Made by a program: the position numbers and the translations under genes. Under the pieces are notes generated by a model. That model was not told where the DNA came from and did not search any database. It saw only the letters and a list, made by a program, of their open reading frames with translations. Shown one piece after another: positions 49,515 through 63,622 of a stretch of DNA of 64,000 nt. Source of the stretch: Octopus vulgaris (Eukaryota). The DNA lies in NCBI GenBank assembly GCA_951406725.2, contig OX597835.1, positions 28,396,001 through 28,460,000 on the forward strand, read 5' to 3'. Within the stretch, counting starts at the first letter, position 1. The number at the start of each line of letters is the position of its first letter.

Positions 49515-51599
49515 ATATGTATTTGACAGGCTTCTTTCAGTTTCCGTCTACCAAATCCACTCGCAAGGCTTTGATCAGCTTTAGGCTATAGACTATAGTA
49601 GAAGACACTTGCCCAAGGTGCCATGCAGTGGGACTGAACCTGGAACGATGTGGTTGGTAAGCAAGCTATTTACCACACAGCCATGCTAGCGACATTTCTT
49701 CTGCATTTACATTTTGAGTTCAAATCTGTCGAGGCTGTCTTTCTCTTTCATCCTTTTGGAGTCAATAAAATTAAGTACCAGTTGAACGTTGGAGTTGATG
49801 TGCTTGATTTACCTGCTTCTACGAAATTCCTGGCCATGTGCCAAGATTTGGAACTATTTTTATACTGCAGTTTGGAACAAATAAGCTTGGCATTTTAATG
49901 AAAGATTTTTAATTTAGCTCTTTTTTGTAACGAGTTAGCAGCATAGAACTCAAAGAGTGGGTTGTTCTTAAAAAGACTTAACATAATTGTAATTCAAATA
50001 GGCACAGGAGTGGCTGTGTGGTAAGTAGCTTTCTTACCAACCACATGGTTCCAGGTTCAGTCCCACTGCATGGCATCTTGGGCAAGTGTCTTCTACTATA
50101 GCTTTCGCTGATCAAAGCCTTGTGAGTGGATTTGGTAGACGGAAACTGAAAGAAGCCCGTCTTATATGTATATATGTGTGTGTTTTTGTGTGTCTGTGTT
50201 TGTCCGTCCCCCCCAACATCGCTTGACAACCGATGCTGGTGTGTTTACATCCCCGTTACTAAGCGGTTCGGCAAAAGAGACTGATAGAATAAGTACTATG
50301 CTTACAAAGAATAAGTCCTGGGGTCGATTTGCTCGACTAAAGGCGGTGCTCCAGCATGGCCCCAGTCAAATGACTGAAACACGTAAAAGAGTATGTACTT
50401 TGAAAGGGCTTCCATACTTGAACCCAAAGGGAGTTGTGTGTGGCCTTAATGGTAACTGCATATTTCCCAGCTCTGATCTCAGCTCTATCTCTCTCTCCCC
50501 TCTCTCTGTCTCCTATTTCTTGTTAGCTTTTGGTGGTTCCTGTGGATTGTTTTAATTCCAACGGTGGGTGAATGGGAGGTGGGGGGCTTCACTGCTTTGT
50601 TTAATGACTCAATGTAAATACTCTCTTTCTCTCCCCATCTCCACCCCCTCTCCCTCTGCCTCCCACACTCTGCCATTTTGGTTTGGAAGCCGAGAAGACA
50701 ACATTCAGTGTATATCCAATAACTTGGTGTCTCAATGACCGAATGACAGAGAGGCCATTACGTGGTTTCTTCACCTGTTAGAAATAGCAGCCAAATCTTG
50801 CTCAATGCACACGCCTACTATTTTATAAAAACATGGTGCTGCAAAGAAAGGAAAGAAATTAAACAGATGGGATGGTCACAGTTGGAACACATTCTTTTAT
50901 TCTTTTATTTGTTTCAGTTATTTGACTGTGGCCATGCTGGAGCAGCGCCTTTAGTCAAAGAAATCAACCCCAGGACTTATTCTTTGTATCGATCTCTTTT
51001 GCTGAACTGCTAAATTACAGGGACATAAACACACTAACATCGGTTGTCAAGTGATAGTGGGGGGACAGACGCACAAACACATACACATACACACACTCAC
51101 ACAAACACACATACGACGGACTTTCAGATTCCGTCTGCCAAATCCACTCACAAGGCTTTGGTTGGCCCGAGGCTATAGTAGAAGACACTTGCCCAAGGTG
51201 CCACACAGTAGGACTGAACCTGGAACTATGTGGTTGGTAAACAAGCTACCTACAGCACAGCCACTCCTGCATAAATCTGCTGACTCAGCCTCATGGCATG
51301 GCATTATACTATCAGTTCCCAGACTGGGCTGTGTGTTGTGTTCTTGAGCAAGACACTTTATTTCACTTTGGTCCAGTTCATTCAGCTGTAGAAATGAGTT
51401 GCGACATCACTGGTGCCAAGCTGTATCAGCCTTTGGTTTTCCTTGGATAAGATCAGTGGCGTGGAAAAAGGAGGCTGGCATGCATGGGTGACTGCCGGTC
51501 TCCCAGTGCAATCCCACGATCATTCATGGCTGAAAGGGGTTTTTACCTTTACTTTTTTAGAAAGAAAATAAATACAGGGGTTGATTTGTGTCACTAAAA

Positions 51600-52299
51600 C
51601 CCTTAAATCATTTGCATTTAAACCATCCATGTCCAGTTGAAATATTCCACCTGTTTTCTTGGTAAAACCGACCAGATCCAGCCTCTCATACTTACCTGAC
51701 ATTGTCATTCTAAAAATAAACAATCACATCATCAAAATCTAAAGTTATATGATAATGCATAATTAACTGCAAAACAATGTGGATAGCTAAGCATTATATT
51801 TGAGTGAATAATCTGATGGTTAAAGACTTTAAATTAATCATACCTGGCTCAGATAGTCTACTTGTTTTGTGATCAAGCCAGCTAGATCTGGCCTCTTACA
51901 CCTACCCTACAATGCCATTCTAAAAACAAACAATAACATCATCAAAATCTGAAAGCTATGATTATAACACATGGTTAATTGCAAAACAATGTGAATAAAC
52001 AAGCATTACATTTGACAGTGTAATCCAAAAGCTTATGGGTTGAACTAGCCATATCTAACCCAAATATTCTAACCAGCCAGATTCAGTCTCTCACACCAAC
52101 CCTACAATGTCGTTTTGAAATAAATTATAGGCATGGGCATAGCTGCATGGTAAGGAGCTTGCTTCCCAACCACATGGTTCCACATTCAGTCCCACTGTGT
52201 GACACCTTGGGCAAGTATCTTCTACAATAGCTTTTGGGCCAACCAAGGCCTTGTGAGTGGATTTGGTAGAAGGAAACTGAAAAAAGCCCATCATATGTG

Positions 52300-52340
<41 letters not shown>

Positions 52341-52843
52341 CTGTGCTTGTCCTGCACAACCATCGCTTGACAACCGATGTTGGTGTGTTTGCATCCCCGT
52401 AACTTAGCAGTTCGGCAAAAGAGAGTGACAGAATAAGTACTAGGCTTACGAAAAATAACCCTGGGTTTGATTTGCTTGACTAAAACCCCTTAAGGCGATG
52501 CTCCAGCATGGCCACAGTCAAATGACTAAAACAAGTGAAAGAGTAATCACATAACTGAAATTTCAAAGCCACTTGATAATACGTGATTAATTCAAAACAA
52601 TGTGAATAAAAGGGTATTACATTTGGCAGAATAACCCGAATGCTAAGGGCTAGAACTAACCATATCTAACCCAGATATTCTAATAGTTTTATGTTCAAAC
52701 CAGACACATCTGACCTCTCACACCAACCTGATAATGCCATTCTGTTAAACTATTAAACTATGAGAGAATGCAGGATTAATGCAAAACAATGTGAACAAAT
52801 AAGGATTACATTTGATAGAGTAATCTGAATGCTGATGAGTTAA
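51600..52843. repeat. Head-to-tail array of a ~210-bp piggyBac-like MITE, interrupted by a SINE B (52129-52543)
   Basis: Repeated ccagatccagcctctcacacctaccctacaatgtcattctaaaa...caaaacaatgtgaataa...taatctgaatgcta-like units. A single inverse copy at 41424-41640 begins ttaaccc. Confidence 0.7.
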
Positions 52844-53009
52844 AGGTGGTGCTCCAGCATGGTCGGATCGATTGCCATGTTGCTGACAAGTTTTGCTTCA
52901 CGCCCATACGGTTGTAGGTTTGGTTTCACTGTGTGACAAATAAATATGACATGATGTCTTCTGCTGTAGCATCATCAGGTTAGTCAATACTTTCAGAGAA
53001 CGGTTCACT

Positions 53010-53523
53010 TGATGGAAATTGTGCAGAAGCTTGCCGTATGTGTGTGTACTCCAGTGAAAACTGGTATGTTGCCTTACCAACCCGGCTGAAACTGGCTCTG
53101 GTTCTTTAGTATAAATGTTTTGTTTTCATAAGTTTTGAATTCAGATCTTCCACCAAATCTTAGTCACAATTTAGTGTTCTTAACACTAGCTTAATGGTAA
53201 CTAAGTTATTTTACTAAATTCTTTGTTATATTTAAAATATAATTGATGGAGACTGCAGAAGCTTGCCGTGTGTGTGTACACCAGTTAAAACTGGTATGTT
53301 GCCTTACCAACCCGGCTGAAACCAGCTCTGGTTCTTTAGTATAAATGTCTTGTTTTCATAAGTTTTGAATTCAAATCATCCACCAAATCTTAAGTATACA
53401 ATTTAGTGTTCTTAACACTAGCTTAATGGTAACTAAGTTATTTTACTAAATTCTTTGTTATATTTAAAATAATTGGAAGAAACACAGACTATCTCAAAAT
53501 AAATACAGTAACGAAAGGGTTAA
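53010..53523. repeat. ~230-bp tandem duplication including a piggyBac-like MITE
   Basis: gcagaagcttgccgt...aaactggtatgttgccttaccaacccggctgaaac occurs at ~53022 and ~53255; ends gaaaggg|ttaa. Confidence 0.85.
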
Positions 53524-54339
53524 GAAGGTAACTTACCCATGTAAATCATCACCACCACCACCACCATCATCATCATCGTTGTAATTTATCCTCACCACCA
53601 CCACCTCGTGTATGTATGTTCAGTCATGTATTTCATTTATATAATGTATATGCGCTTGTGTGCACATGTGTGTGCGTATGTGTGTGTGTGTGTGGGCATT
53701 GCAACAAATTTGACTTTTCTCAGTATTGAGTCATTTCACCAGCAATTTCTCAATTGTTATTCTTGAACTGCTGACCTTGTAATAAAACACACACACACAC
53801 ACACACAAATGGAATGAGAGAGAGAGAGATAGAGAGAGAAAGGAAAACGTTTTAAGTATGACTAAATGTATATAAAAAAATAAGAAATATTAGCTAGTGA
53901 CTAATCTTAAGTACAGTTATTATGATTATTGTGATGATGCTTATGATGATGAGGCACATCATCGCCTTCTTCATCATCATCATCTTCATTATCTCAATCA
54001 TTGTAATGATTGTCATCATATCCGTACTCTTCTGTAGTGGGATATCTTGCAGTGGGCTGTTCAATATGTCGTATTGATTTCTGAGAAGAAAAGGGCCAAA
54101 TGTATATCCTGTTCTGTATATGCATGTGTATGTATGTGTGGGAGAGCAAGAGATGTGCTGGTGTTGTGTTTAAGAAGTCTGGTTTACAAATATGGAGCTC
54201 CTGTTTGAGTCCCAGCACCCATTTAGGGGCATCTTGAATAGGTGTCTTCTACAGGTTTGGGTTGACCATAATGTCTTGCTTGTAGAATTTGGGAGATGGG
54301 AGCTCTGGAAGCTCACTGCATATATTTGTGTGTGTATAT

Positions 54340-54640
54340 CACCGTGATCACCGTGACCGACCAGGCTATCAGATGTTGCTACACATCGCTGGTCACAATG
54401 CGCTTCGCATTGTTTTAGCCTTCAAATGACGCCACCCCACTGGCTAAGCGAGCATGCCAACAGAAGAAAGAGTGAGAGAAAGTTGTGGCGAAAGAGTACA
54501 GCAGGGATTGCCACCACCCCCTGTCGGAGCCTCGTGGAGCTTTAGGCGTTTTTGCTCAATAAACACTCACAATGCCTGGTCTGGGAATTGAAACCGCGAT
54601 CGTACGACCGTGAGTCCGCTGCTCTAACCACTGGGCCATT
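54340..54640 (-). mobile_element. SINE family C
   Basis: Reverse complement of the family C head and body. Confidence 0.85.
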
Positions 54641-55230
54641 ATATATATGTGTATATATATGTATATTTATATGTATGTGTGTTTATATGTAGGCACAGGC
54701 ATGGCTCTGTGGTAAGAAGTTTGCTTCCCAACCACAGGGTTCCATTAATTAATTAGAATATATGAAATTAGAATAATTTCTAATTATTAATTAGAATATA
54801 TGAAAAGAAAATATTCAGGGTTGATGAAATAAAGTACCAGTTGAGTACTGGGGTCGATGTAACTGACTTACCCCATCCCCCAAAATTTCAGGTCCTCCTC
54901 ATCATCTTCATCATCATCATCTTTGTGTATGTGTTTATATGCATTGTATGTGGATGGGTGAATGTATGTTTGTGTGTGTATTTGTGTTTGTGTGTTTGTA
55001 TACCCCTTATTTCAAAAATGGTGACTAAACCATGATTCGGTAGATTTCAGTGTGATAAGTCTGAAAGTAAAATCCTTCAGCAGAGAAACTGGTTGCACTG
55101 CTTGCCTGGATTTCTGTGACTCTCTTTCGCCATCCAATTCTGTTATTCGAATTGGGTCTTTGAGTCACAATAAATCTTTAATGAGCTGATGACACAACCA
55201 TGGACACCATCCCTATAGTTAGATTGCAGT

Positions 55231-55875
55231 ATCATCATCATCATCGTCATTTAACTTCTGCTTTCCATGCTGGCATGGGTTGGACGATTTGACTGAGGAC
55301 TGGCGAACCAGATGGCTGCACCAGGCTCCAATCTGATCTGGCAAAGTTTCTACAGCTGAATGCCCTTCCTAACACCAACCACACAAAGAGTGTAGTGGGT
55401 ACTTTTATGTGCCTCTGGTATGAGGGCCAGTCAGGCAGTACTGGCAATGGCCATGCTCAGATGGTGTTTTTTACGTGCCACCTGCACAGGAGCCAGTCCA
55501 GTGGCACTGGCAACGACCTCGCTCGAATGTTGTTATTCATGTGCCACCAGCACAAGTGCCAGTATGGGGACGCTGGTAGTGATCATGCTTGAATGGTGAA
55601 TTTTACGTGCCACTGGCACAGAAACCAGTTAGCTGCTCTGGCAACGATCACACTTGGATGGTGCTGTTAGCACTCCACTAGCATGGATGTCAGTCATCGA
55701 ATTTGATTTCGGTTTCACTTGCCTCAACAGGTCTTCGCAAGCAGAGTTTAGTGTCCAATGAAGGAAAGGTATGCATAAGTGGGCTGGTTACACCCCTGGC
55801 ATAGGCCACGAGGTTATGGTCTCACTTGGCTTGCCAGGTCTTCCCATGTACAGTATATTTCCAAAGGTCTCAGTC
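55231..55875 (-). mobile_element. RTE-clade LINE 3' end: last codons of ORF2 plus complete 3' UTR (source of family D)
   Basis: Minus strand D*DLWKYTVHGKTWQAK* resembles the RTE DR..W...V terminus. It is followed by a ~590-nt UTR with 5-6 hairpin modules and a (GAT)n tail. Confidence 0.7.
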
Positions 55876-56732
55876 AACCATTGATCTAGAATTCTTCTGT
55901 TGAGCACCGATGTAAGAAGCACCATTGGCTCAGTTGAGCTCTTCCATTGCCTCTTCACAATCTACCATGCTACAATCCCATTACTTGGTCATATATCTAG
56001 CAGGGTGGCTAAACAGGTGCTATGCAGAGCATAGTTATCACTCTGTGAGCTATTTTCAAAATACCTGCATACTGTTCGTGATAGAAACCATTAGAATTAT
56101 AACAGAACGACGCTAGGCTGGTTTGTTCTTGTAATGGCCTGAAATAATGGAGGATAATATTACATTATTTTTATTACATGTCTGGAGATATTTCTGGATT
56201 TTATGGATATTTTTAATTACATCTCTATGGATATTGTTAGAGAAATTTAATCTGGTAGTTTATTTTTCTTTGTCTTTTCATCATCATTACCAGTGTCATC
56301 ATCATCAAAATAATCATCGTTGTCATCATCATCGTCATCATAATCATAATCACTGTCATCATCATCATCACCACTGTCATCATAATCATTATCATACCTC
56401 CTCCTCCACATCCTCCTTTCTCGTCCATTTTTTGCAACAGTTGGATACACGTCTTCTCTTTCACAGCATTTCAATATGTTTTCTACTCTTTGTGTTCTTT
56501 GTGAGCTTCAGCTTCTTGGGGCTTCCACAACCACTTCCTCTCGATTCTTCTTCTTCAGTTTTCCTCTTCTGCTAGTTTGTTCTACGTGACTATTTCTTGC
56601 CTCATCTTTCACCCAACCAAACTGCTATTCTATCCTCCAAATGCATCACAAGGCCCCTCTCTCCAAGCTCAGTTGTCTCCCTTGCACATTATGCCTGTTC
56701 CTTCTCAATAAGAGAGATTTGCTTAACAAGTA

Positions 56733-57784
56733 CAGGTCTTCGTCGACTTACCACACAGTTGGTTCTGACTGACTGGTTGTTAGTAGATTTTGTTGTAGGT
56801 CGGCCTATAAGCCTACATAGCTTTGTTATTTACTTTTACATTCTTAAAATTCATTTTCAAGTAAAAGTCGCACACAACATTCTGTATTATCCTGTCTACT
56901 GGGATCTTTTCCTTTTGAATGGCACTTTGTAACATAATTTCTAGGTAACTAAAAAGTTTTAAACTTCGTATACTGGTAGAATGTGTTTGTAAAACATTAT
57001 AATTGTGGGTGACAATTTCATACGACACCGCTACGGAAAATGGGATTTTTTTCTAGCAGTGTCAAATGAAAATGTCACCCATAATTATGGCCCTAGTATC
57101 GATCTATTGCATTTCAATCTATTTTAGATTTAGGGTTAGAGTTAGGGTTTAGTTAGGGTTAGGGTTAGGGTTGGGTAAGGGTATCTTTTTTTCTTTACAA
57201 ATGTAAATAAACCCAATCTATTTCTTAAAGGAGGGACATATTCATTATGCACAGAATGTTATTTACCTAAATGAACATCAGCGATTGGTTAAAATTGCCG
57301 AAATGCTTGAAATTAAAGATGAAATATCTTACAACCTATAGAATTTTCTCAATAAAGCCAAGAGAAAATGATGTTTTATAAACACATTCTACCAGTATAT
57401 GGAGTTTAAATCTTTTTAGTTACCTAGAAATTATGTTACAAAGTGCCTTTCAAAAGGAAAAGATCCGTATACTGTATATACAACAGTGTTATTTGTTCGG
57501 CGACTCGAGCAGTCATCTAATAAACAAATACGAGGTTGCCTCAATGTCTCTGCGACAGGATATTCATCGAACATTTGTTATGACCACAGTGGCGATTGAA
57601 AACCAAACCTAGGGGAAGCGTTTGTTAGCTGACATCATCCATAGATGGGTTAATTTCTAAGAAATGAAACCCATTAGATTTCAACTGGACTATTTATTTA
57701 TTATTGCTGCCAGGAGCTGGTGCGCCAATCATCGTAAAGTTGATTGGTTGCAAGTCGAATAGGTTGTAAGTTGATGACGACCTG
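56733..57784. mobile_element. pogo/Tigger-like non-autonomous element hosting M1 copy 4
   Basis: TA|caggtcttcgtcgacttac ... gtaagttgatgacgacctg|TA. Confidence 0.65.
56902..57466. mobile_element. Merlin-like MITE M1-related copy 4 with ~95-bp TIRs and a longer (TTAGGG)n tract
   Basis: TIRs ggatcttttccttttgaa...aaaacat. TSD gtctactg / gtatactg (1 mismatch). ttagggttagagttagggttttagttagggttagggttaggg at ~57124-57180. Confidence 0.85.
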
Positions 57785-57822
57785 TATGTGGTTTCATGTA
57801 GCTGTTAAGTAGACTTCTTAGC

Positions 57823-58238
57823 AAGGTGGCGAGCTGGCAGAAACGTTAGCACGCCGGGCAAAATGCTTAGCAGTATTTCGTCTGCTGTTACGTTCTGAGT
57901 TCAAATTCCGCCGAGGTCGACTTTGCCTTTCATCCTTTCGGAGTCGATTAAATAAATACCAGTTATGCACTGGGGTCGATATAATCAACTTAATCCGTTT
58001 GCCTGTCCTTGTTTGTCCTCTCTGTATTTAGCCCCTTGTGGGTGGGTAGTAAAGAAATAGGTATTTCGTCTGTCGCTACGTTCTGAGTTCAAATTCCGCT
58101 GAGGTTGACTTTGCCTTTCATCCTTTCGGGGTCGATTAAATAAGTACCAGTTGTGCACTGGGGTTGATGTAATCGACTTAATCTCTTTGTCCTTGCTTGT
58201 CCCCTCTATGTTTAGCCCCTTGTGGGCAATAAAGAAAT
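57823..58238 (+). mobile_element. SINE family A dimer
   Basis: Two family A bodies flanked by a duplicated taag(t/c)agacttctta. Confidence 0.85.
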
Positions 58239-60073
58239 AAGCAGACTTCTTAACCACACAGCCGTATCTGTGCCTATTGCAATGTTGGCGTAGTGTGGAC
58301 GTTATAATGTTAGTGTGCGTGAACAGGATAGCGGGAATGAGCTAAGGCAAGAACTGAACATAGAAGGACTGTGTAATGTTCAAGGGAGCTGGTGTGGACC
58401 TTGTGAATACATTTGGAGGACAACAGGGCAATTTGGGTGGGTGAAGATGATCCAAGAAATATTCAAGTAGAGCAAACGTGCAGAAGAAGTCTTGGGAGGG
58501 AGTGGTGGAAGCCATTCATAAGAGGCTGAAACTGCTGTGTGGCACATTGGGCCAGTGTCTTCTATAGCCCTGGGCTAATCAAAGCTTTGTGAGTAAATTT
58601 AGTAGATATAAACCGTATAGAAACATATCCCCCCTCTCTCTCTCTCTTTGTCTTGGCCCCCCTCTCTCTGTTTAGGTTCTCTCTCTTTCTCTCTGTTTTG
58701 TTCCTCTCTCTCAGTCTCAGCCCTCTTTCTTTCTCTGTCACTGTCTTGGCCCACTCTCTTTTTCCTCCCCTCTGCTCTCTCTCTCTCTTTCTCTGTCTCT
58801 TGATATCCTCTGGCTTTGTTTGTCACAGCCTGTGCCAAATTGTGATAAGATGCTTTACATTCCTCGCCGACATTATGCCTGGTCACACTACACTTTTGAA
58901 GATTAATGTAATCAAAAACTATTTTGAAGATTAATGTTATCAAAAGCTATTGCTTACTTGAGAAACGTGAAGTCGCATGGCCTAATGGTTAAGGTGTTGG
59001 ACTCATTATCATAAGATTGTGGTTTTGGTTCCTGGACTGGCTGAGACATTGGGCACTTGAGCAAAACACTTCGTTTTGCATTGCTTCAATTCAATAAGTT
59101 AGCAATAATCACTAATCCTTTGATGGATAAGTGTCCTGTCCAGGTTGAGAATATATGTGCTATGGAAACTGGGAAATTGGCCCTTATGAATCTATATAAT
59201 TTGGGAAGGATCTTTATCCTCTATCTTTACTTGAGAAAAAGACAAGAGCAAGGGTATCATCATCATCATCATTGTTTAACATCTGTTTTCCATGCTAGCA
59301 TGGGTTGGACAGTTCGACCGGGGTCTGGGAAGCCAGGAGGCTGCACCAGGTTCCAGTCTTATTTGGCAGTGTTTCTACAGCTGGATGGCCCTTCCCTAAC
59401 GCCAACCACTCTGTGAGCGTAGTGAGTGCTTTTAACGTGCCACTACCACAGGTGCCAGGGGAGCCTGGCAGCGGCCACGATCGGTTGGTGCTTTTTACGT
59501 GCCACCGGCACAGAAGCCAATCAAGGCGTCGCTGGCATCAGCCACGTTCGGATGGTGCTTTTTACGTGCTGGCCATAAAATGTTGCCTCAAGTAATTGCC
59601 CGTCTGACATGAGCCAGCATGGAAATTCCTTATCATCATCATTTAATATCTACTTTACCATGCTTTCCTGCATCAGACGGAATTTGATGCCCTTCCTATT
59701 GCCAACCTTCACCTGTTTCGAAGCAAGGTAATATCTTCTCATAGTTAGATGGGGAATACTGGATAGGAAACTACCTAACTTGTATACTCTTTTACTTGTT
59801 TCAGTCATTTGACTGCGGCCATGCTGAAGCACCGCCTTTAGTCGAGCAAATCGACCCCGGGACTTATTCTTTGTAAGCCTAGTACTTATTCTATCGGTCT
59901 CTTTTGCCGAACCGCTAATTTATGGGGGACGTAAACACACCATCGGTTGTCAAGTGATGTTGGGTGGACAAACACAAACACAGAAACATATACACACACA
60001 CACACACATACATACATATATATATATATATATCATCATCATCATCATCATTTAGCGTCCGTTTTCCATGCTA

Positions 60074-60124
<51 letters not shown>

Positions 60125-60200
60125 ATCCAAACATGAAAACACAACAACGTGAGGACGTGGAACAAGTATAGTATTATTGGATGCTCAGGAAAGAAGGAGG

Positions 60201-60235
60201 GTTTAACGTTTTGAGCGAAGCTCTTTGTCTGAAAC
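60201..60235 (-). ncRNA. Decayed hammerhead motif in a Penelope-like remnant
   Basis: Minus strand: gttt cagacaa a gagc-ttc-gctc aaa acgt t aaac. Stems I, II and III are intact; the core is hit by CpG-type transitions. Confidence 0.45.
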
Positions 60236-61043
60236 ATAGGAAAAGGAAAGATCCAAAGAAGGGAAGACAGAGACATTTTGAATATATATATATATATATA
60301 TATATATGCATATATACGACGGACTTCTTTCAGTTTCCGTCTGCCAAATCCACTCACAAGGCTTTGGTCGGCCCAAGGCTATGGTAGAAGACACTTTTCC
60401 AAGGTGCCACGCAGTGGGAATGAACCCAGAACCATGTGGTTGGTAAGCAAGCTACTTACCACACAGCCACTCCTGCGCCTGTATGTTGATGCTTAATTAA
60501 CAATCATCCCGTGATAGATGTTAAACAAAACGAACAATTATACAAACAGCAGTGCATGCTTACTCTCTTTCCAACATTTAGCATGCCTTCATTAGCTACT
60601 TATGTTTTGCTATCCTGCAATTTGGAATGTGGCATTGTGCAGTCTGCCCTTCATTCTACAGAAAACCTGTTACCTAACAAAGATCGTTACACTTGCTTCA
60701 TTTCTTTCCAACCTTAATACACCTTGAGCAGCTATTTACAATGTTTTACTGTCTTACAATATGGCATTTTTGTACACAAATGTTATGCAATCTGCCTTTC
60801 ATTTCATACAGTAAAACCTGTCTGATAACTACTGTTGCTACTAAAGGTATTAAACTTGTTAAGCTCTATTTTTTTCTTACTTATCCTAGCTTACTGTTTT
60901 TACAGTAACCTTCCCCAAATTAGGTTATCTGTATATATTATGAAAACTAAATGTGTTTTGTGAATAAAATGGAACAATAGCATAGACTGGTAGTTTAAAA
61001 AAATATGTTCTCAATATGTGTCACATTAGTTGGATGCTTTTAA

Positions 61044-61265
61044 CTCTTTCCGATACCAACCCGGCTGAAACCGGCTCTGGCTCTGTAGTACAAATGTCTT
61101 GTTTTCATAAGTTTTGAATTAAAATCTTCCATCAAACCTTAGTCACAATTTATGTTCCTAACACTAGCTGAATGATAACTAAGTTATTTTACTCAATTCT
61201 TTGTTATATTTAAAGTAATTGAAAGAAACACAGAACATCTCAAAATAGATACAGTAATGAAAGGG
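61044..61265. mobile_element. piggyBac-like MITE
   Basis: TTAA|ctctttc ... gaaaggg|TTAA. Related copies at 48630-49139 (split by a family D insert) and 53075-53523. Confidence 0.8.
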
Positions 61266-61653
61266 TTAAGTGAGAATTTCATGGTTTATAAACACTAATT
61301 CATAATCATCTAATTGTTAAAATAGAAAAATTATCAGAAAAGCGATTTCTATTCATTTTTACCCACTACACTCTTGGAGTGGTTGGCATTAGGAAGGGCA
61401 GCCAGCTGCAGAAACTCTGCCAGATCCAGATTGGAGCCTGGTGCAGCCATCTGGTTTGCCAGTCCTCAGTCAAATCGTCCAACCCATGCTAGCATGGAAA
61501 GCGGACGTTAAATGATGATGATGTATCTATATATTTGTAACAGTGGTGCCCCATTATGACCATAGCTCTCGAGTTGAAACTTGTAAACAAAAAAAAAACA
61601 CATATATATATATGTATACACACACACACATGTATTATATATACACATATGCA

Positions 61654-61694
<41 letters not shown>

Positions 61695-61698
<4 letters not shown>

Positions 61699-62041
61699 AG
61701 GGGTCCACCAAGGTTCAGCCCTTAGTCCCCTTCTATTCATCATAGTCCTCCAGGCAATAACAGAGGAATTCAAGATGGGTTGCCCCTGGGAGCTCCTCTA
61801 TGCTGATGACCTGGCCCTCATAGCAGAATCACTACCGGAACTAGAAAAGAAATTTCAGCTGGGAAGCTAGGTTTAGAATCAAAAAGCCTTAGAGTAAATG
61901 TAGCAAGGTGAAACATGGGCTGTGACTACAGAGGACATGTGTAGGCTTGAAAGAAATGAAGCTAACATGATCTGCTGGATGTGTAATGTCAGTGTGCATA
62001 CACGACTGAGTGTAAGCGCCCTGAGAGAAATGCTGGACATC
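61695..62041 (+). pseudogene. RTE-clade reverse transcriptase fragment
   Basis: VGVHQGSALSPLLFIIVL...CPWELLYADDLALIAES...GLESKSLRVN / ETWAVTTEDMCRLERNEANMICWMCNVS shows the RT QG and YADD motifs with RTE-type flanks. Decayed relatives at ~56450-56720 (-) and 58280-58530 (+). Confidence 0.9.
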
Positions 62042-62670
62042 ATAGTAGAAGGCACTTGCCCAAGGTGCCACGCAGTGGGACTGGACCCGGAACCATGTGG
62101 TTGGTTAGCAAACTACTTACCACACAGCCACTCCTGCGCCTTGTATATTACATGAATGAATGGAGAAAATACACATGTGGGAAACTTTCGTACATGTAGG
62201 TAAAGAGGCTGTCACCCACTCAGGTTAGTTTGGGGGTACTTTGGGAATAATTAAAAAAAAAACAAAACAAATAGATGCAGCTGAATATATAACTAGTCCT
62301 CCTCCCACTGCCCCCAATCCCAGTGCAGTACGACCAGATAAATATAAATGCAACAACGTACAGAAAATAGCACTGCCAGGTGCACGCACACACACACGCG
62401 TGCATGCACACATTGTGTGTTATACTTTAAATAGACCGATGGGAAACAAGACTAATAGAAACACATGTTGTACCCAAGGTACTCAGAGTTGTGTTGAGAT
62501 ATGCAATGATAACAGTCAATAAAATAATTATGTTGATGATGATGATGACCACAATGAAGGCTTATTTTTATTATTATTCAGAAAAAATAAAAACAAATAA
62601 TGATAATAATAATTATCTTGATTTCTTTAATTATATTATATATAATATAATAAAACTAATCATCATCATC

Positions 62671-62679
<9 letters not shown>

Positions 62680-62710
<31 letters not shown>

Positions 62711-63622
62711 GAGTGAGAGAGCAGCACATGTCATCAAAGTGACAGTGGGGTAAAATAAATGAAGCCCACTATACCCATCATGTCTACCCGTCTGGTAGGG
62801 GTACACTAGGCACTTGCATCACAACCATATGTGCGCGACATGGTGATCTCATATCATGATAAAAAGCGCTTGACCTTGCAGGTGGGGCCCAGTTAGAATT
62901 TTCTTCAGGTTGAGTAGCCCATCCCACTCAAAAGGTCCTTGAATGAGGGTTGTTTAAGGATGATGAACAAAACACACGTTCCCAGTGGTGAATTATCCAA
63001 ACCCCAAAGAATTCCCTTCTCAACTTATGGCTGTGATGTTCTCCCACTTCTGTTCGTGAGCAAAGATGCACATATCGTCAGCCACTAAGGGACATGCTCA
63101 ACTGGTTATGGTCAAACAACTGACAAGCAAATCTGTGGTATTGAGCAGAATATTTGCTGTAGCCCATCTTTTTATATCAAGATAAAGCAATCAAAATCGA
63201 AATCGATCAACATCAATGGAAATTGCAGCTGTGATACCAGTGCCGGTGGTATGTAAGAGAACCATCTGAATGTGGCCGTTGCCAGCGCCGCCCCGACTGG
63301 CCTCATGCCGGTGGCACGTAAAAAGCACCATCCGATCGTGGCTGTTTGCCAGCCTTGTCTGGCACCTGTGCCGTTGGCATGTAAAAAGCACCCACTACAC
63401 TCACGGAGTGGTTGGCATTAGGAAGGGCATCCAGCCGTAGAAGCATTGCCAGATCAGACGGCCTGGTACAGCCTCCTGGCTTCCCAGACCCCAGTTGAAC
63501 TGTCCAACCCATGCTAGCATGGAAAGCGGACGTTAAATGATGATGATGATGATGAAAACAATGTACATGATAACACTTCCAATCAGTTAAGATCAGAAGC
63601 CACGAGAGCTACTGCCTGGTAC
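62680..63622 (-). mobile_element. Non-LTR element 3' end with (TAA)n tail, split by a family D insertion (63192-63554, +)
   Basis: (ATT)n tract at the left end. The insert is flanked by aaagcaat/aaaacaat. Family not determinable by eye. Confidence 0.5.

Noticed and set aside
57124-57180. TTAGGG tract as a chromosome end or fusion scar
   Set aside because: Short and internal to a TSD-flanked MITE that is present in several copies.
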